From a virus, in IMG/VR virus record IMGVR_UViG_3300020042_011666, positions 47,941-111,940 of that record: a stretch of 64,000 nt of DNA, one strand, 5' to 3'. The notes below the pieces were generated by a model. It saw nothing but the letters and a program-made list of their open reading frames with translations. It was not told the origin of the DNA and did no database searches. The position numbers were made by a program, and so were the translations under genes. Shown here one piece after another: positions 1 through 9,058 of the stretch; positions within the stretch are counted from its first letter, which is position 1; each line of letters begins with the position of its first letter.

Positions 1-58
1 CGGTTTCACTCAGATTGTAAATGAATGTATTTTCCATAACTTTTATTTTTATTTCTTA

Positions 59-211
59 TTAACCTTGTCCTACGGACAGTTTTTTATAATTTTTACTTGT
101 TTTTGTTTTACTTGTTTTTGTTTTTGCTACAATACCTTTTCTAGTTTTTTTAGGTTTTTCTTTGTAAAGTGATGATGCACTAATGGATGTCTTTTTTGCT
201 TTTGCTGCCAT
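59..211 (-). CDS. small Lys-rich basic protein (50 aa, not in ORF track)
   Basis: Manual translation MAAKAKKTSISASSLYKEKPKKTRKGIVAKTKTSKTKTSKNYKKLSVGQG*; contains a 15-bp tandem duplication encoding KTKTS. Confidence 0.65.
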   Translation of the reverse strand: MAAKAKKTSISASSLYKEKPKKTRKGIVAKTKTSKTKTSKNYKKLSVGQG

Positions 212-231
212 GCATATACATATATCACCTC

Positions 232-528
232 CTATACTAGATGTTTTTCGTGAGGTCTAACCTTAACGTCCCGCTCATGTATATATTGAACGCCATCTTT
301 TGCTGCTTCAGTACATACAGTGTTAGTATCCCAATAATATACTTTACCTTCATATTCATGGTGTTCTTCTTGACCTTGATTGTAATATACGATTCTTCTT
401 TTACCTCCCCAACTTCTAAAATCCTTAGGTGTAACTCTATACCATTTTTCTTTTAAAAAAACTTGTAATAGTTTTTCCTCTGGGAAGTCATATTTTAATT
501 TGCCGGTATTGCCTTTTTTTTCTCCCAT
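232..528 (-). CDS. hypothetical protein
   Basis: ORF track; start overlaps the upstream stop (TAATG). Confidence 0.6.
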   Translation of the reverse strand: MGEKKGNTGKLKYDFPEEKLLQVFLKEKWYRVTPKDFRSWGGKRRIVYYNQGQEEHHEYEGKVYYWDTNTVCTEAAKDGVQYIHERDVKVRPHEKHLV

Positions 529-749
529 TATAGTTCGGGTAATAATCCTGCTTCCTCAATTGCTTTCCACACTCTCATCTTCCACAAATCAATTTTATGC
601 CCACAATAACTATGTTCTCCTCTTATTGTTGCTTTAGCTAGTAATAGTAGACACCAATCAAATGCTTCATCTGCTTTTTCTAACTCATTTTGCTCTACAT
701 AGGTATTGGCTTGGCTCCACTTTTGTATAAAAACTGGTCTTTTCTTCAT
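528..749 (-). CDS. hypothetical helical protein
   Basis: ORF track; preceded by a promoter-like motif at 759-788. Confidence 0.6.
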   Translation of the reverse strand: MKKRPVFIQKWSQANTYVEQNELEKADEAFDWCLLLLAKATIRGEHSYCGHKIDLWKMRVWKAIEEAGLLPEL

Positions 750-758
750 AACTTTTAT

Positions 759-788
759 ATAATATACGTAACTTATTTTAAATTTCTA
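759..788 (-). promoter_or_regulatory. degenerate Bacteroidota sigma-A-type promoter (TAG-N19-TATATTAT)
   Basis: Variant of the TTG-N20-TAnnTT(T/A) motif seen 7 other times. Confidence 0.45.
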
Positions 789-809
789 GGATAACTTTTT
801 AGGATTTAA

Positions 810-974
810 TTATGCTTTTTCTTCTTCTAGTGTTTGACTTTCTAAAGTAGCCATTAAACACAGATCATATATAGATTGAGGACTAGATATCATTAAAAAT
901 AACAGTTCTTTATCCGTTAATTTTAAGATAACATCTATAACTAATCCTGAAGGGTCAATCCTATTCTTCTTCAT
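810..974 (-). CDS. small hypothetical protein (54 aa, not in ORF track)
   Basis: Manual translation MKKNRIDPSGLVIDVILKLTDKELLFLMISSPQSIYDLCLMATLESQTLEEEKA*; fills the gap on the coding strand. Confidence 0.5.
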   Translation of the reverse strand: MKKNRIDPSGLVIDVILKLTDKELLFLMISSPQSIYDLCLMATLESQTLEEEKA

Positions 975-1080
975 ATGCTATTCTTGACTTTTTGTTTTTT
1001 CCTCTTCTAATTTGAAGTTCTTTTTCAGCTAGCCAAATTTTTAGTGTACTTAATTTTTGTAGGTTTGATGTTTTGCTCAT
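961..1080 (-). CDS. small basic hypothetical protein (39 aa, not in ORF track)
   Basis: MSKTSNLQKLSTLKIWLAEKELQIRRGKNKKSRIAYEEE*; ATGA overlap with the upstream stop. Confidence 0.45.
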   Translation of the reverse strand: MSKTSNLQKLSTLKIWLAEKELQIRRGKNKKSRIAYEEE

Positions 1081-1619
1081 AATTTATTCCATTTATTTTT
1101 ATAGTTTATGTTTGATGCAGCGTATTGAGCATATTCGTTTCGTACAGGTTGTCCTGTATTATATGCCCCACACGCTAGGGTCCAATCTTTGTATATGCTA
1201 TGCCATGTACGTAGCATTTTCATAGATACCATAACATTTAAGTCAATATTATGTTTTAGTTCATTAATAGATACTTTTCTCCCTGCAAACTTGTGAGCAT
1301 ATCTAGGAATAATTTGCATCGGCCCAACAGCTCCTGAAGATGATGTTAGAGATGGGTTATAATTCCAATGTAATGGTCCTTTATATCTACTTTCTAAATA
1401 TGCCACATTATAGGCAATATGTTTAGGTATATTAAATGAGTCTGAGTATTTCTCTAAAGCATCATGCATTTGGACAGGGATAACGCTTAATTTATCGTTT
1501 AACTCGTCAGATTCGCGCTGTAATTTAATTACCTTGTATTCTAACCGGATATATAGCAAAGCTAAGAGGACGATTAAAATAATGACATACCATCGCTTTA
1601 CCTGTTTAAAAATATCCAT
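1077..1619 (-). CDS. membrane-anchored lytic transglycosylase (SLT domain)
   Basis: N-terminal TM helix; SLT motifs AYLES (catalytic Glu), SSGAVGPMQI, AYNTG. Confidence 0.85.
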   Translation of the reverse strand: MDIFKQVKRWYVIILIVLLALLYIRLEYKVIKLQRESDELNDKLSVIPVQMHDALEKYSDSFNIPKHIAYNVAYLESRYKGPLHWNYNPSLTSSSGAVGPMQIIPRYAHKFAGRKVSINELKHNIDLNVMVSMKMLRTWHSIYKDWTLACGAYNTGQPVRNEYAQYAASNINYKNKWNKL

Positions 1620-1918
1620 TATTGTGCAACAATTTGTTTGGCATACATATTAAATATGGTACGCCCTACAGTATCACTATACATTTGGTATGAACCTGTA
1701 TTTTTGTCCATTATAATTAATTGATTGGACTCATCAATGGCGATACGTACTTCTTTGTTGGTTTTAAGTTTTTCAACTTTAACGGATGTAGAGGACATAG
1801 TATCCAAAATATGGAAATAATATCCAATTCCAAATCCTAAGATTAATGAGCCTGCAACTAAAATTACAGATGCTGCTTTGTTGATGTAGACCATAAGTCT
1901 TTCTTTAATGTTTATCAT
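1619..1918 (-). CDS. membrane protein, hypothetical
   Basis: TM segment VILVAGSLILGFGIGYYF; coupled to the SLT gene. Confidence 0.65.
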   Translation of the reverse strand: MINIKERLMVYINKAASVILVAGSLILGFGIGYYFHILDTMSSTSVKVEKLKTNKEVRIAIDESNQLIIMDKNTGSYQMYSDTVGRTIFNMYAKQIVAQ

Positions 1919-1923
1919 AACTT

Positions 1924-2214
1924 TTATTTTTTTAATTTTTCAATTGTTTCTTTAATTATTTTACATTCCTCATACTTTTCATATTCAATAAATGTAGGTA
2001 ATAATTCCTCTAAAGTAGCACTAAAATAAGGGCGTTCAACCGTTAAATCAACTATTTTTTCATCCTCAATGATATGTACTGAAAGGAAATATATTGATCG
2101 CTTTTTTGTTTTTAGGTTACTAATGATAGCATCATACAAGGCTTCAGCAATCCTGATGTCTTTGGCTTGAGTTAGTTTTTCAAACTCGTCGTAGGTATTA
2201 ACTGTAATTTCCAT
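1924..2214 (-). CDS. hypothetical protein with C-terminal UVR-like motif
   Basis: C-terminus FIEYEKYEECKIIKETI resembles the UVR (E-x-Y-E-x-A-x-x-h-R-D) motif. Confidence 0.6.
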   Translation of the reverse strand: MEITVNTYDEFEKLTQAKDIRIAEALYDAIISNLKTKKRSIYFLSVHIIEDEKIVDLTVERPYFSATLEELLPTFIEYEKYEECKIIKETIEKLKK

Positions 2215-2369
2215 TAGAATAAATCTAAAAATTTGTTGTTTATATTCTTTTCCTTCAACATACGAAGCTTATCTTGTTTATCCAACATCTTTGAGGCTAA
2301 CTTTTCTAGGTGATCTTGCTTGGTTTGATCATAGTCTTTTACGACTTTTTTATGTTTTTTATTTTTCAT
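2214..2369 (-). CDS. small basic hypothetical protein (51 aa, not in ORF track)
   Basis: MKNKKHKKVVKDYDQTKQDHLEKLASKMLDKQDKLRMLKEKNINNKFLDLF*; overlaps the stop/start of both neighbours. Confidence 0.6.
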   Translation of the reverse strand: MKNKKHKKVVKDYDQTKQDHLEKLASKMLDKQDKLRMLKEKNINNKFLDLF

Positions 2370-3001
2370 AAATGAGAAATAAATTCGGAAGCATCCTCCG
2401 AGTCAACAGTGTCTTCTAAACCTAAACGGGCAAGCATTTCTTTTTGGTAATCATCTAATTCCCAATCTACTTGTCCTTTATAAATAGATACATGGTCTTC
2501 AACCCCTTGAATTTGCTTATCACTAAATATATCCCCAACATGGGTAAAGAAACAGTTATAGCAAAGTAATTCTAGATTTGGTAATTTATAATTTTTCTTA
2601 TTTTTGTCTTTAAAGTTCAATAATAAAGGCATTTTATAATCACTCATTCGCCTATCAGCAAATTTACATAAATTACAACACTCGGCTAAAAGCCCTTCAA
2701 CAACTAACCTTCGTTTTATCTTATCAGGACCAAAACTATCAGGATTAACTCTACCCTCTAGTATGTCTAAAAGGGCGGTTTCTTTTTTACCATTCTTTAA
2801 AAATTTAGGAATGCCTTTTCCTTGTTGGTTTAGCTGGATTTCAAATAGAGATTTATTTTGCTCTTCGTCCCTGTATAATTTAGCATATCGTTTGTAATGC
2901 ATATAGGAACATCCCAAATAGCGGGCGGCTGCTCTATTTGATAAGGTTTTAGCCATAGCGGCTAAAACCATTTCTTTAGTCAAAGGTTTCGGTCTCGACA
3001 T
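2366..3001 (-). CDS. HTH plus degenerate HNH-like zinc-finger DNA-binding protein
   Basis: N-terminal HTH (SNRAAARYLGCSY); CNLC...NLELLCYNC; usual catalytic His residues absent. Confidence 0.65.
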   Translation of the reverse strand: MSRPKPLTKEMVLAAMAKTLSNRAAARYLGCSYMHYKRYAKLYRDEEQNKSLFEIQLNQQGKGIPKFLKNGKKETALLDILEGRVNPDSFGPDKIKRRLVVEGLLAECCNLCKFADRRMSDYKMPLLLNFKDKNKKNYKLPNLELLCYNCFFTHVGDIFSDKQIQGVEDHVSIYKGQVDWELDDYQKEMLARLGLEDTVDSEDASEFISHL

Positions 3002-3389
3002 CGTCTACAATATCTAACTCTTCCAACTTAAGAGGCTCATCAGCCGTTTCCTCATCATAGTCTGAGTGTTTTTCTGATGGGGGTTGGGTAAAGTCTTTCA
3101 TAGTAAGTGAAGGATCTTCATTTTCAAAACCAATAGACTCAAATCCGGGCTCAATTACTTTTGCCCTAGGGTCAATATAGTGTTTAGCACGTTGGTACTC
3201 ATCATCCTCTAGAATGATTAATTCAGTATATGTATGGTCTCCCTCTCCTAATTGTACTGTAATGCTTCTTTTGGGTTTAGCATCCGAGCAGCTTACACAA
3301 GTAGATACGTTAGGGAGTATTTCTACTCGTTTTGGGTGAATTTCATCCCCACATTTTTTGCAATACCTTGCCATAATTGTTGTTTCCAT
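2976..3389 (-). CDS. DksA/TraR C4-type zinc finger protein with acidic tail
   Basis: YCKKCGDEIHPKRVEILPNVSTCVSC matches the DksA/TraR signature CxxCGxxIxxxRLxxxPxxxxCxxC. Confidence 0.8.
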   Translation of the reverse strand: METTIMARYCKKCGDEIHPKRVEILPNVSTCVSCSDAKPKRSITVQLGEGDHTYTELIILEDDEYQRAKHYIDPRAKVIEPGFESIGFENEDPSLTMKDFTQPPSEKHSDYDEETADEPLKLEELDIVDDVETETFD

Positions 3390-3398
3390 ATAACTATA

Positions 3399-3794
3399 TT
3401 AATTTTTTGAAAAACGTTGACCTACTATAGCCCACAAATCTTCAAATGTTCTTATAAATGTTTGATTCCCTTCCTCATCTTCATCATAAGGGAACTCGTT
3501 TCCGTCATCATCTTTATTTCCATACAAATAAAACATGATTGCGCTTGTAATTTCTTCACCATAATTCATTGCAATTAAATTTTCAATTACAATAAAATAT
3601 GGCTCACTATATGATGTAAAATCAATGTTTGTTATTTCAGCCAGTTTATAATCTCGGTCAATAACTGATTCTATGTTTTCTAGTATGAACTGTAGTTTTT
3701 CTTTTTCAGTAGAGGCATCTATTTGGGATGAAATAGTAACTTTATCTCCAAAAACATCTTTAAAAAAATCGTCAATATCTTCTAAATCAATCAT
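3399..3794 (-). CDS. acidic hypothetical protein
   Basis: ORF track. Confidence 0.6.
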   Translation of the reverse strand: MIDLEDIDDFFKDVFGDKVTISSQIDASTEKEKLQFILENIESVIDRDYKLAEITNIDFTSYSEPYFIVIENLIAMNYGEEITSAIMFYLYGNKDDDGNEFPYDEDEEGNQTFIRTFEDLWAIVGQRFSKN

Positions 3795-3978
3795 CTAACC
3801 GTATAATATAAAACAATTTTGAAAAATCAGCAATGCTCATTTGTTTGCGAGAGGAAAAATGCCCTAATGCTTGATCTTTATTATCAAATTTACCAGTGCT
3901 GATTATTTCAGCAGTTTTGTCGTTTATATTATAAAAACCGTATTTCTTCATTGCTTTAGATTTTTTACTATTTGACAC
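3787..3978 (-). CDS. hypothetical protein
   Basis: ORF track; true start may be MKKYGF. Confidence 0.5.
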   Translation of the reverse strand: MSNSKKSKAMKKYGFYNINDKTAEIISTGKFDNKDQALGHFSSRKQMSIADFSKLFYIIRLDD

Positions 3979-4256
3979 AAATCATAATCTTCGTTATTAG
4001 CATAGAACTCAATTGCTTTATCTAATACCTCGTTTATATCTTCTTTTTTAACTCTTACAACACTATCAAAATCAGCTATTTTAAATAATGTAATAATATC
4101 TAAGTTATTTTTAATTCCGTCTTCAATCGAATTAATGGCTTCAGTGTATAACATATCCATAAATTTGTCTGAGTTAACTAGTGTTTGAAAATCCTCTTTA
4201 TTATCGATTGAAAATCGTATAATTTTAGGTAATCTTGGTTTAGTTTGTTTTTCCAT
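3948..4256 (-). CDS. hypothetical protein with UVR-like C-terminus (likely paralog of 1924..2214)
   Basis: Similar length and layout; C-terminus YANNEDYDLCQIVKNL. Confidence 0.6.
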   Translation of the reverse strand: MEKQTKPRLPKIIRFSIDNKEDFQTLVNSDKFMDMLYTEAINSIEDGIKNNLDIITLFKIADFDSVVRVKKEDINEVLDKAIEFYANNEDYDLCQIVKNLKQ

Positions 4257-4283
4257 TACCTTAGTATTGATTGTTAATAAATA

Positions 4284-5081
4284 TTAGATAGCAATTACTT
4301 TTTGATCGGGGTATTGAAAATGGCATATCCCACTAACCATTATATTTTTATGTGACGGATCACCAATTTTATCTATTTTTATAGCATCATATAGTTTTTG
4401 ATATGTTGTTTTATTAAGTAAATGGAATTTAGTTAAATTATTTCGGCTAATACATTGTGCTAAAAATTCCTCACATGACCACCCTGGAATATATTCCCAT
4501 ATTTTCCCATTGTAGTTGTCAATAAATTTACTAGCTAAATATGTTTCATCTAAGTATGTTTTATCTGTTAAATAACTTGTTTTAGATACATCTATAAAAT
4601 AAAAATTAGTTTGAGGGGTAAAATGATTTTTATCCATTTGCTCTAAATCAAAACCATTCAAATACTGTGTTTCATATGAAAAGCCATTTAAATAATAGAA
4701 ATCAGCATCCTCAATTTCAATATCAAATACATCCTCAGTTAGTATAACATCATTAGCTGATTTACATAGCCATTTAACCCCATTCTGTTTACAGTAGTCA
4801 AAAACCATATTATCTAGATCAGCCGTACCAAAATTATGTCCTCGATTTATGTCTGAAAACAAACATGTTGATTTAGGGTAATACATAGAACATAATTGTT
4901 CTGTTTTAATTACTAATTCGGGGTCATTTTCTGTATTAAAGGCAAATATTATAGCATTAAATTCATTTAATACTGGGTTGTTATATATCAAATAAGATTG
5001 TAGTACATCCAAATCATTTTGAGATGAGATATATCCTATTGTTCCGTAAGTTGACTTAGAAATTAGATGTTTTAAATTCAT
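4284..5081 (-). CDS. putative glycosyltransferase (GT-A-like)
   Basis: NRGHNFG...WLCKSANDV resembles the GT2 N-x-G / DxD region; lies in the GT cluster. Confidence 0.5.
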   Translation of the reverse strand: MNLKHLISKSTYGTIGYISSQNDLDVLQSYLIYNNPVLNEFNAIIFAFNTENDPELVIKTEQLCSMYYPKSTCLFSDINRGHNFGTADLDNMVFDYCKQNGVKWLCKSANDVILTEDVFDIEIEDADFYYLNGFSYETQYLNGFDLEQMDKNHFTPQTNFYFIDVSKTSYLTDKTYLDETYLASKFIDNYNGKIWEYIPGWSCEEFLAQCISRNNLTKFHLLNKTTYQKLYDAIKIDKIGDPSHKNIMVSGICHFQYPDQKVIAI

Positions 5082-5670
5082 TTAAGGGAATTAGATTAAG
5101 TAATTTGGTTCTGTTTGTATCAAAATAATTCCAAGATTCTAAGCCTTGCTGTAATTCACCTGTAGGACAATGATTTATCTCAGGTCTATTGTTAAATATA
5201 ATTCCACATCCGCAATCAGTATTAACAGTAATAAATTTATGTGAGTATTTTTGTCTAAACCTTAACACGGATTTATAAACATCCCCATTCCATATACCTG
5301 AAACTCGAGGAACTAATGAATAAAGTTCCTGTTCTGGGTTGCAGTCATGTAGCACAATTATTCCGTTGTCTACTAAATGATTTAAAGCATTTTTAATATC
5401 TTTATCTACTTGTTCTGAGTGGTGCAACCCATCAATAAAAATAAGGTCATATTTTATTTCAGGGTGATCGTTAATTAAATCAAAAAAAGCATCAGATGTC
5501 ATTTGATAATTTACCTCAGGTACCATTTCACCTTCAACCCCAGGATCTACTCCATCTTTATGTTCAGCTATAATTTCTCTAATATTTTGACCTCTATAAA
5601 CACCTATTTCTAAGTAGTTTATAAAGTTATTTGCTTTAATTAGATGGTTTATAATTTCAAATCTATGCAT
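5056..5670 (-). CDS. class I SAM-dependent methyltransferase (Methyltransf_24-like)
   Basis: YLEIGV, GVDP, YDLIFIDGLH, GIIVLHDC motifs. Confidence 0.85.
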   Translation of the reverse strand: MHRFEIINHLIKANNFINYLEIGVYRGQNIREIIAEHKDGVDPGVEGEMVPEVNYQMTSDAFFDLINDHPEIKYDLIFIDGLHHSEQVDKDIKNALNHLVDNGIIVLHDCNPEQELYSLVPRVSGIWNGDVYKSVLRFRQKYSHKFITVNTDCGCGIIFNNRPEINHCPTGELQQGLESWNYFDTNRTKLLNLIPLNEFKTSNF

Positions 5671-6532
5671 GTTCTAAGATATATTTAGCAATATTTTGAG
5701 TAGTTAAATTGTTTTTGGTGTACTCAAATATTTCGTTCAATATACAAAAATATTTTTGCTCATCAAAGTTATTTGCTAAATTCATTCCCTCTAATATCAA
5801 TTCTTTAGGGAAATTAAATAAAGTATCTTTAGGACATTCCTCTAACCCAACAAAATAGGGTAAACAATAATTACCTAAAATTTCATAATGCCTTAAAGAA
5901 TCCCATCCTGCTTTTTTCATTGTAACACCATAATATGATTTTTGATAGTCCTTATAGTATGGGGTTTCACTTTTAAAAATATAGGTTTCAGGTTGACCTG
6001 GAATGCAAGTAGCATAGTCCTGAGTTTTAGTTTTGTTTGGTGTAGCTAATTTGCACGTAGGTATTCCAAAAGTAATAGGGCGCAGATTGGGGTGACTAGT
6101 TTGTAGCTCGCGTTTAAAATACAAGTGCTTGGCGTGTAACGCGTCAATTTCTGGTTCGTCATTACCATCAATTAAAATAACTTTATTAGCAGGATAAACT
6201 TTAGATACTAAATCATAGTAATCTTTACACCTTTTAATAGCACCATAGATAATTAAATCATAATATTGATCTTTAATTTTTTCCTCAATATTAGTTCTAT
6301 TAATGTTATTTTCTCCAATTAACCAGAAAGCAGTCATTCCTCCCCATAAATGGGAAGGATGAATTTTACCTTCATTTTCTTTATATAATGAAATAATTTG
6401 TGTGCTATCTACAACACTGTCACCAAATAATTCTCTTAAACCATAAAACACTAAGTCATTTTGATAGTCAGAAATAAACCCACCACTTGCTTGGGCAATA
6501 CTTAGATGGTTGGTTATATAAAGGATTTTCAT
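5663..6532 (-). CDS. putative glycosyltransferase (GT-B-like)
   Basis: MKILYI start, IDGND, YFKREL, KAGWDSLRHYEILGNYCLP. Confidence 0.6.
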   Translation of the reverse strand: MKILYITNHLSIAQASGGFISDYQNDLVFYGLRELFGDSVVDSTQIISLYKENEGKIHPSHLWGGMTAFWLIGENNINRTNIEEKIKDQYYDLIIYGAIKRCKDYYDLVSKVYPANKVILIDGNDEPEIDALHAKHLYFKRELQTSHPNLRPITFGIPTCKLATPNKTKTQDYATCIPGQPETYIFKSETPYYKDYQKSYYGVTMKKAGWDSLRHYEILGNYCLPYFVGLEECPKDTLFNFPKELILEGMNLANNFDEQKYFCILNEIFEYTKNNLTTQNIAKYILEHA

Positions 6533-7278
6533 TAACGACCAAATTTCTTTATGTCTTTATGCATAAATAATCCTTCACCATGAGCTACTTTATAGTCTTG
6601 TCTTGCCCACCAACCACTTATTTTTCCCTCTAAATCAATTCCACCTCCAGCAAATTGGGTTACAGTGTCTAGGTAAAATTGTTTTTTAAATAAACAAGGA
6701 TTATTAGTCCAGTTTCCCCACCTGCTTGTAGTTACAAAATAATCATTTTGTTTTTGAATCTTATCAGAAAATAATTCCTCAGGATTTTCTAACCAATGTA
6801 TTGAATCTAATAAATGGGGTGAAACCAAATCCATTCCTGGGTCATAGTGGTTTAGTTCATTTCCTTTATATACTCCTTCTGTAAATAATGGGAAACCAGG
6901 ATGTGCTCTATGTCTGTATCTAACTGCTTGGAATCCATCATTTACTAGTTCTAGGCCTGATGTCAGTCGGTTATAAGTTGTTTCTTTAGATTCAATTAAT
7001 AACCAATCATGTTCTAATAATAATATATTATCTGTTTGAGTATTTTCAGTTAATTGGGTAAATCCTTTACCTATACCTATGTTTTCATCTAAGCCAATGT
7101 ATGGGATAGAAAAATGGTCAGCTATTTGTTTATCCTCATCTGTTACCTCTTGAAATAAAATAGTAACATCATTTACTAAATCAAATAATCCATTGATGTG
7201 ATAAGAATGTAAGGTATCAATCAGCGTTTGTCCTGAGTTCCAGGATAATATTCCTATAGAGATTGGTAATTTTTCCAT
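6532..7278 (-). CDS. glycosyltransferase family 2-like
   Basis: ISIGILSWN, ENIGIGKG, LLLEHDW (DxD-like), WTNNP. Confidence 0.7.
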   Translation of the reverse strand: MEKLPISIGILSWNSGQTLIDTLHSYHINGLFDLVNDVTILFQEVTDEDKQIADHFSIPYIGLDENIGIGKGFTQLTENTQTDNILLLEHDWLLIESKETTYNRLTSGLELVNDGFQAVRYRHRAHPGFPLFTEGVYKGNELNHYDPGMDLVSPHLLDSIHWLENPEELFSDKIQKQNDYFVTTSRWGNWTNNPCLFKKQFYLDTVTQFAGGGIDLEGKISGWWARQDYKVAHGEGLFMHKDIKKFGR

Positions 7279-8138
7279 TGTTCCAAGATTAAATCTACTC
7301 GTTGAACCTGAGTATGGGCTTGTAATGTTTTTAGATATCCATTCTGTGCTATGAATTCTCTTTTACTATCATTTTCATTGTAATACGCGATTTTTTCAGC
7401 ACAGTCTAATAAATCATCGTATAATATAATATCTTCCCCGTCAATAAACAAATCTTCTAACATTGTTTCTTTAGGTAATCGGTCTGTAATTACTAGTTTA
7501 CCACAAGCCATACCTTCAAATATTCGGCGAGTAATTTCACTCCACCTACTATGTTGAATAACCATTTTACCTGAATTAAGGAATTTAGTGTGTTCTTTCC
7601 CTTCCCACCCATTTTGATTAATTACTTGTCCTTCATAATGATGGGCTAGCATATCTAGTATTTCACTGCTGCCTGCTCCTCTAGAACTAACAGCAATATA
7701 TTGTGGCTCAGTATTTAAAGAATAATGAATATTAGTATCAGCAAAATGTGTCCACCACAAGGCATTATAACCTTGTTGGTTATATGCATTTACTGAACGT
7801 ATATCTGGAGATAAAATTAAATCAAACCAAGGGGCTTTAATTAGGTTTCTAGTAAAGTTTTGAGGGTCATCTCCTGCCTCCATCACACAAAAAGCACCTG
7901 TTTGTCTTAATTTAGATAGTACTGGGGATAAATGTCTACCCCAGTCCATATGCATTATTATGTCCGGTTTAGTTTCTAGTAGTTTATATACGTTATCATC
8001 GACGTAATTATCGTTATTATCAAACAATGTGTATATAATAGTTTCCCATCCTCTAGATTTAAATTCATTAACTATTGAAATGGGAGTGCTCCATTTGTCT
8101 GTAGGACGGTGGGCAAAAATAAAAGCTATAGTACTCAT
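7254..8138 (-). CDS. glycosyltransferase, CgeB/Glyco_trans_1_2-like
   Basis: RRIFEGMACGKLVITD...FIDGEDIILY...IAQNGY...HT. Confidence 0.8.
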   Translation of the reverse strand: MSTIAFIFAHRPTDKWSTPISIVNEFKSRGWETIIYTLFDNNDNYVDDNVYKLLETKPDIIMHMDWGRHLSPVLSKLRQTGAFCVMEAGDDPQNFTRNLIKAPWFDLILSPDIRSVNAYNQQGYNALWWTHFADTNIHYSLNTEPQYIAVSSRGAGSSEILDMLAHHYEGQVINQNGWEGKEHTKFLNSGKMVIQHSRWSEITRRIFEGMACGKLVITDRLPKETMLEDLFIDGEDIILYDDLLDCAEKIAYYNENDSKREFIAQNGYLKTLQAHTQVQRVDLILEQWKNYQSL

Positions 8139-9058
8139 TTTAAAAATGTATTGTTAAACTGTTCCATTACTTTTTCGGGAGTAAATGCTTGATAACAATT
8201 ACAATCCCAAGGTGGAATAATAAAATTATCTAGTATGTTACATAATTCTATATAGTTTGAGTAATAGATTCCTTTATCGCCTAATACTATATTGTGGTTT
8301 CGTTCAGGTGAATCTCTATAAGTAATAATAGGTTTTCCTTTAGTAGAAAACTCAGCAATAGCTAAACCAAAAGTTTCACCTCGCTCACGAGCATGAATCA
8401 TAGCATCACATGTATTAATAAATGCTACTTTTTCATCTAAATCAACTGTGCTTTCTATAAAACATATATTATCCTCATCTGTAAATGGAGTTGAATTCAT
8501 AAACAAAAAAGTAATATCTTTTCGTTTTTTAGCAATATCAACTACTGCTTGACGAGCAAAAGGTATTTCAAAGTTATCTCCACCATACCATCCTATTACA
8601 AGTTGGTTTTCTATTCCTAATTGGGTTCGGTAGTTAAAATTATGGTTAGGGATATTAATCATGTAAGGTACAAATGGAAGTTTTCCACCTGACATTTCCT
8701 GTGATAACCATTCTGATATGTAAGCATACACATCCCCGTGAGGTTCATTGTGTTTGAATACAGCATGAACTAAGTTCTTAGCATTTGGTACTAATTTACC
8801 ATCATTAAATCCTGCTTTTTGGATATAAAAGGCATCAACATTTTCTTTGCTGATTATATCTTTTACTTCACTAAAATCATTATATAAAAAAACAGGAAAT
8901 TGAGCTTTAAATTTATCTAAAGCTGATAAATCGGCTTTGGCATCTGAGATGATTATTGATTCATTGCTTAAAATATCTCTATTTCCTAAAGCATAATCAT
9001 ATAAAGAAACCTCAGTACCTCTAATACCTAATTGATTACTGTGAAATGCTATTTTCAT
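8135..9058 (-). CDS. glycosyltransferase family 4 (GT-B)
   Basis: MKIAFH...RGTE; CDAMIHARERGETFGLAIAEF...KPII (E-x7-E motif). Confidence 0.85.
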   Translation of the reverse strand: MKIAFHSNQLGIRGTEVSLYDYALGNRDILSNESIIISDAKADLSALDKFKAQFPVFLYNDFSEVKDIISKENVDAFYIQKAGFNDGKLVPNAKNLVHAVFKHNEPHGDVYAYISEWLSQEMSGGKLPFVPYMINIPNHNFNYRTQLGIENQLVIGWYGGDNFEIPFARQAVVDIAKKRKDITFLFMNSTPFTDEDNICFIESTVDLDEKVAFINTCDAMIHARERGETFGLAIAEFSTKGKPIITYRDSPERNHNIVLGDKGIYYSNYIELCNILDNFIIPPWDCNCYQAFTPEKVMEQFNNTFLK

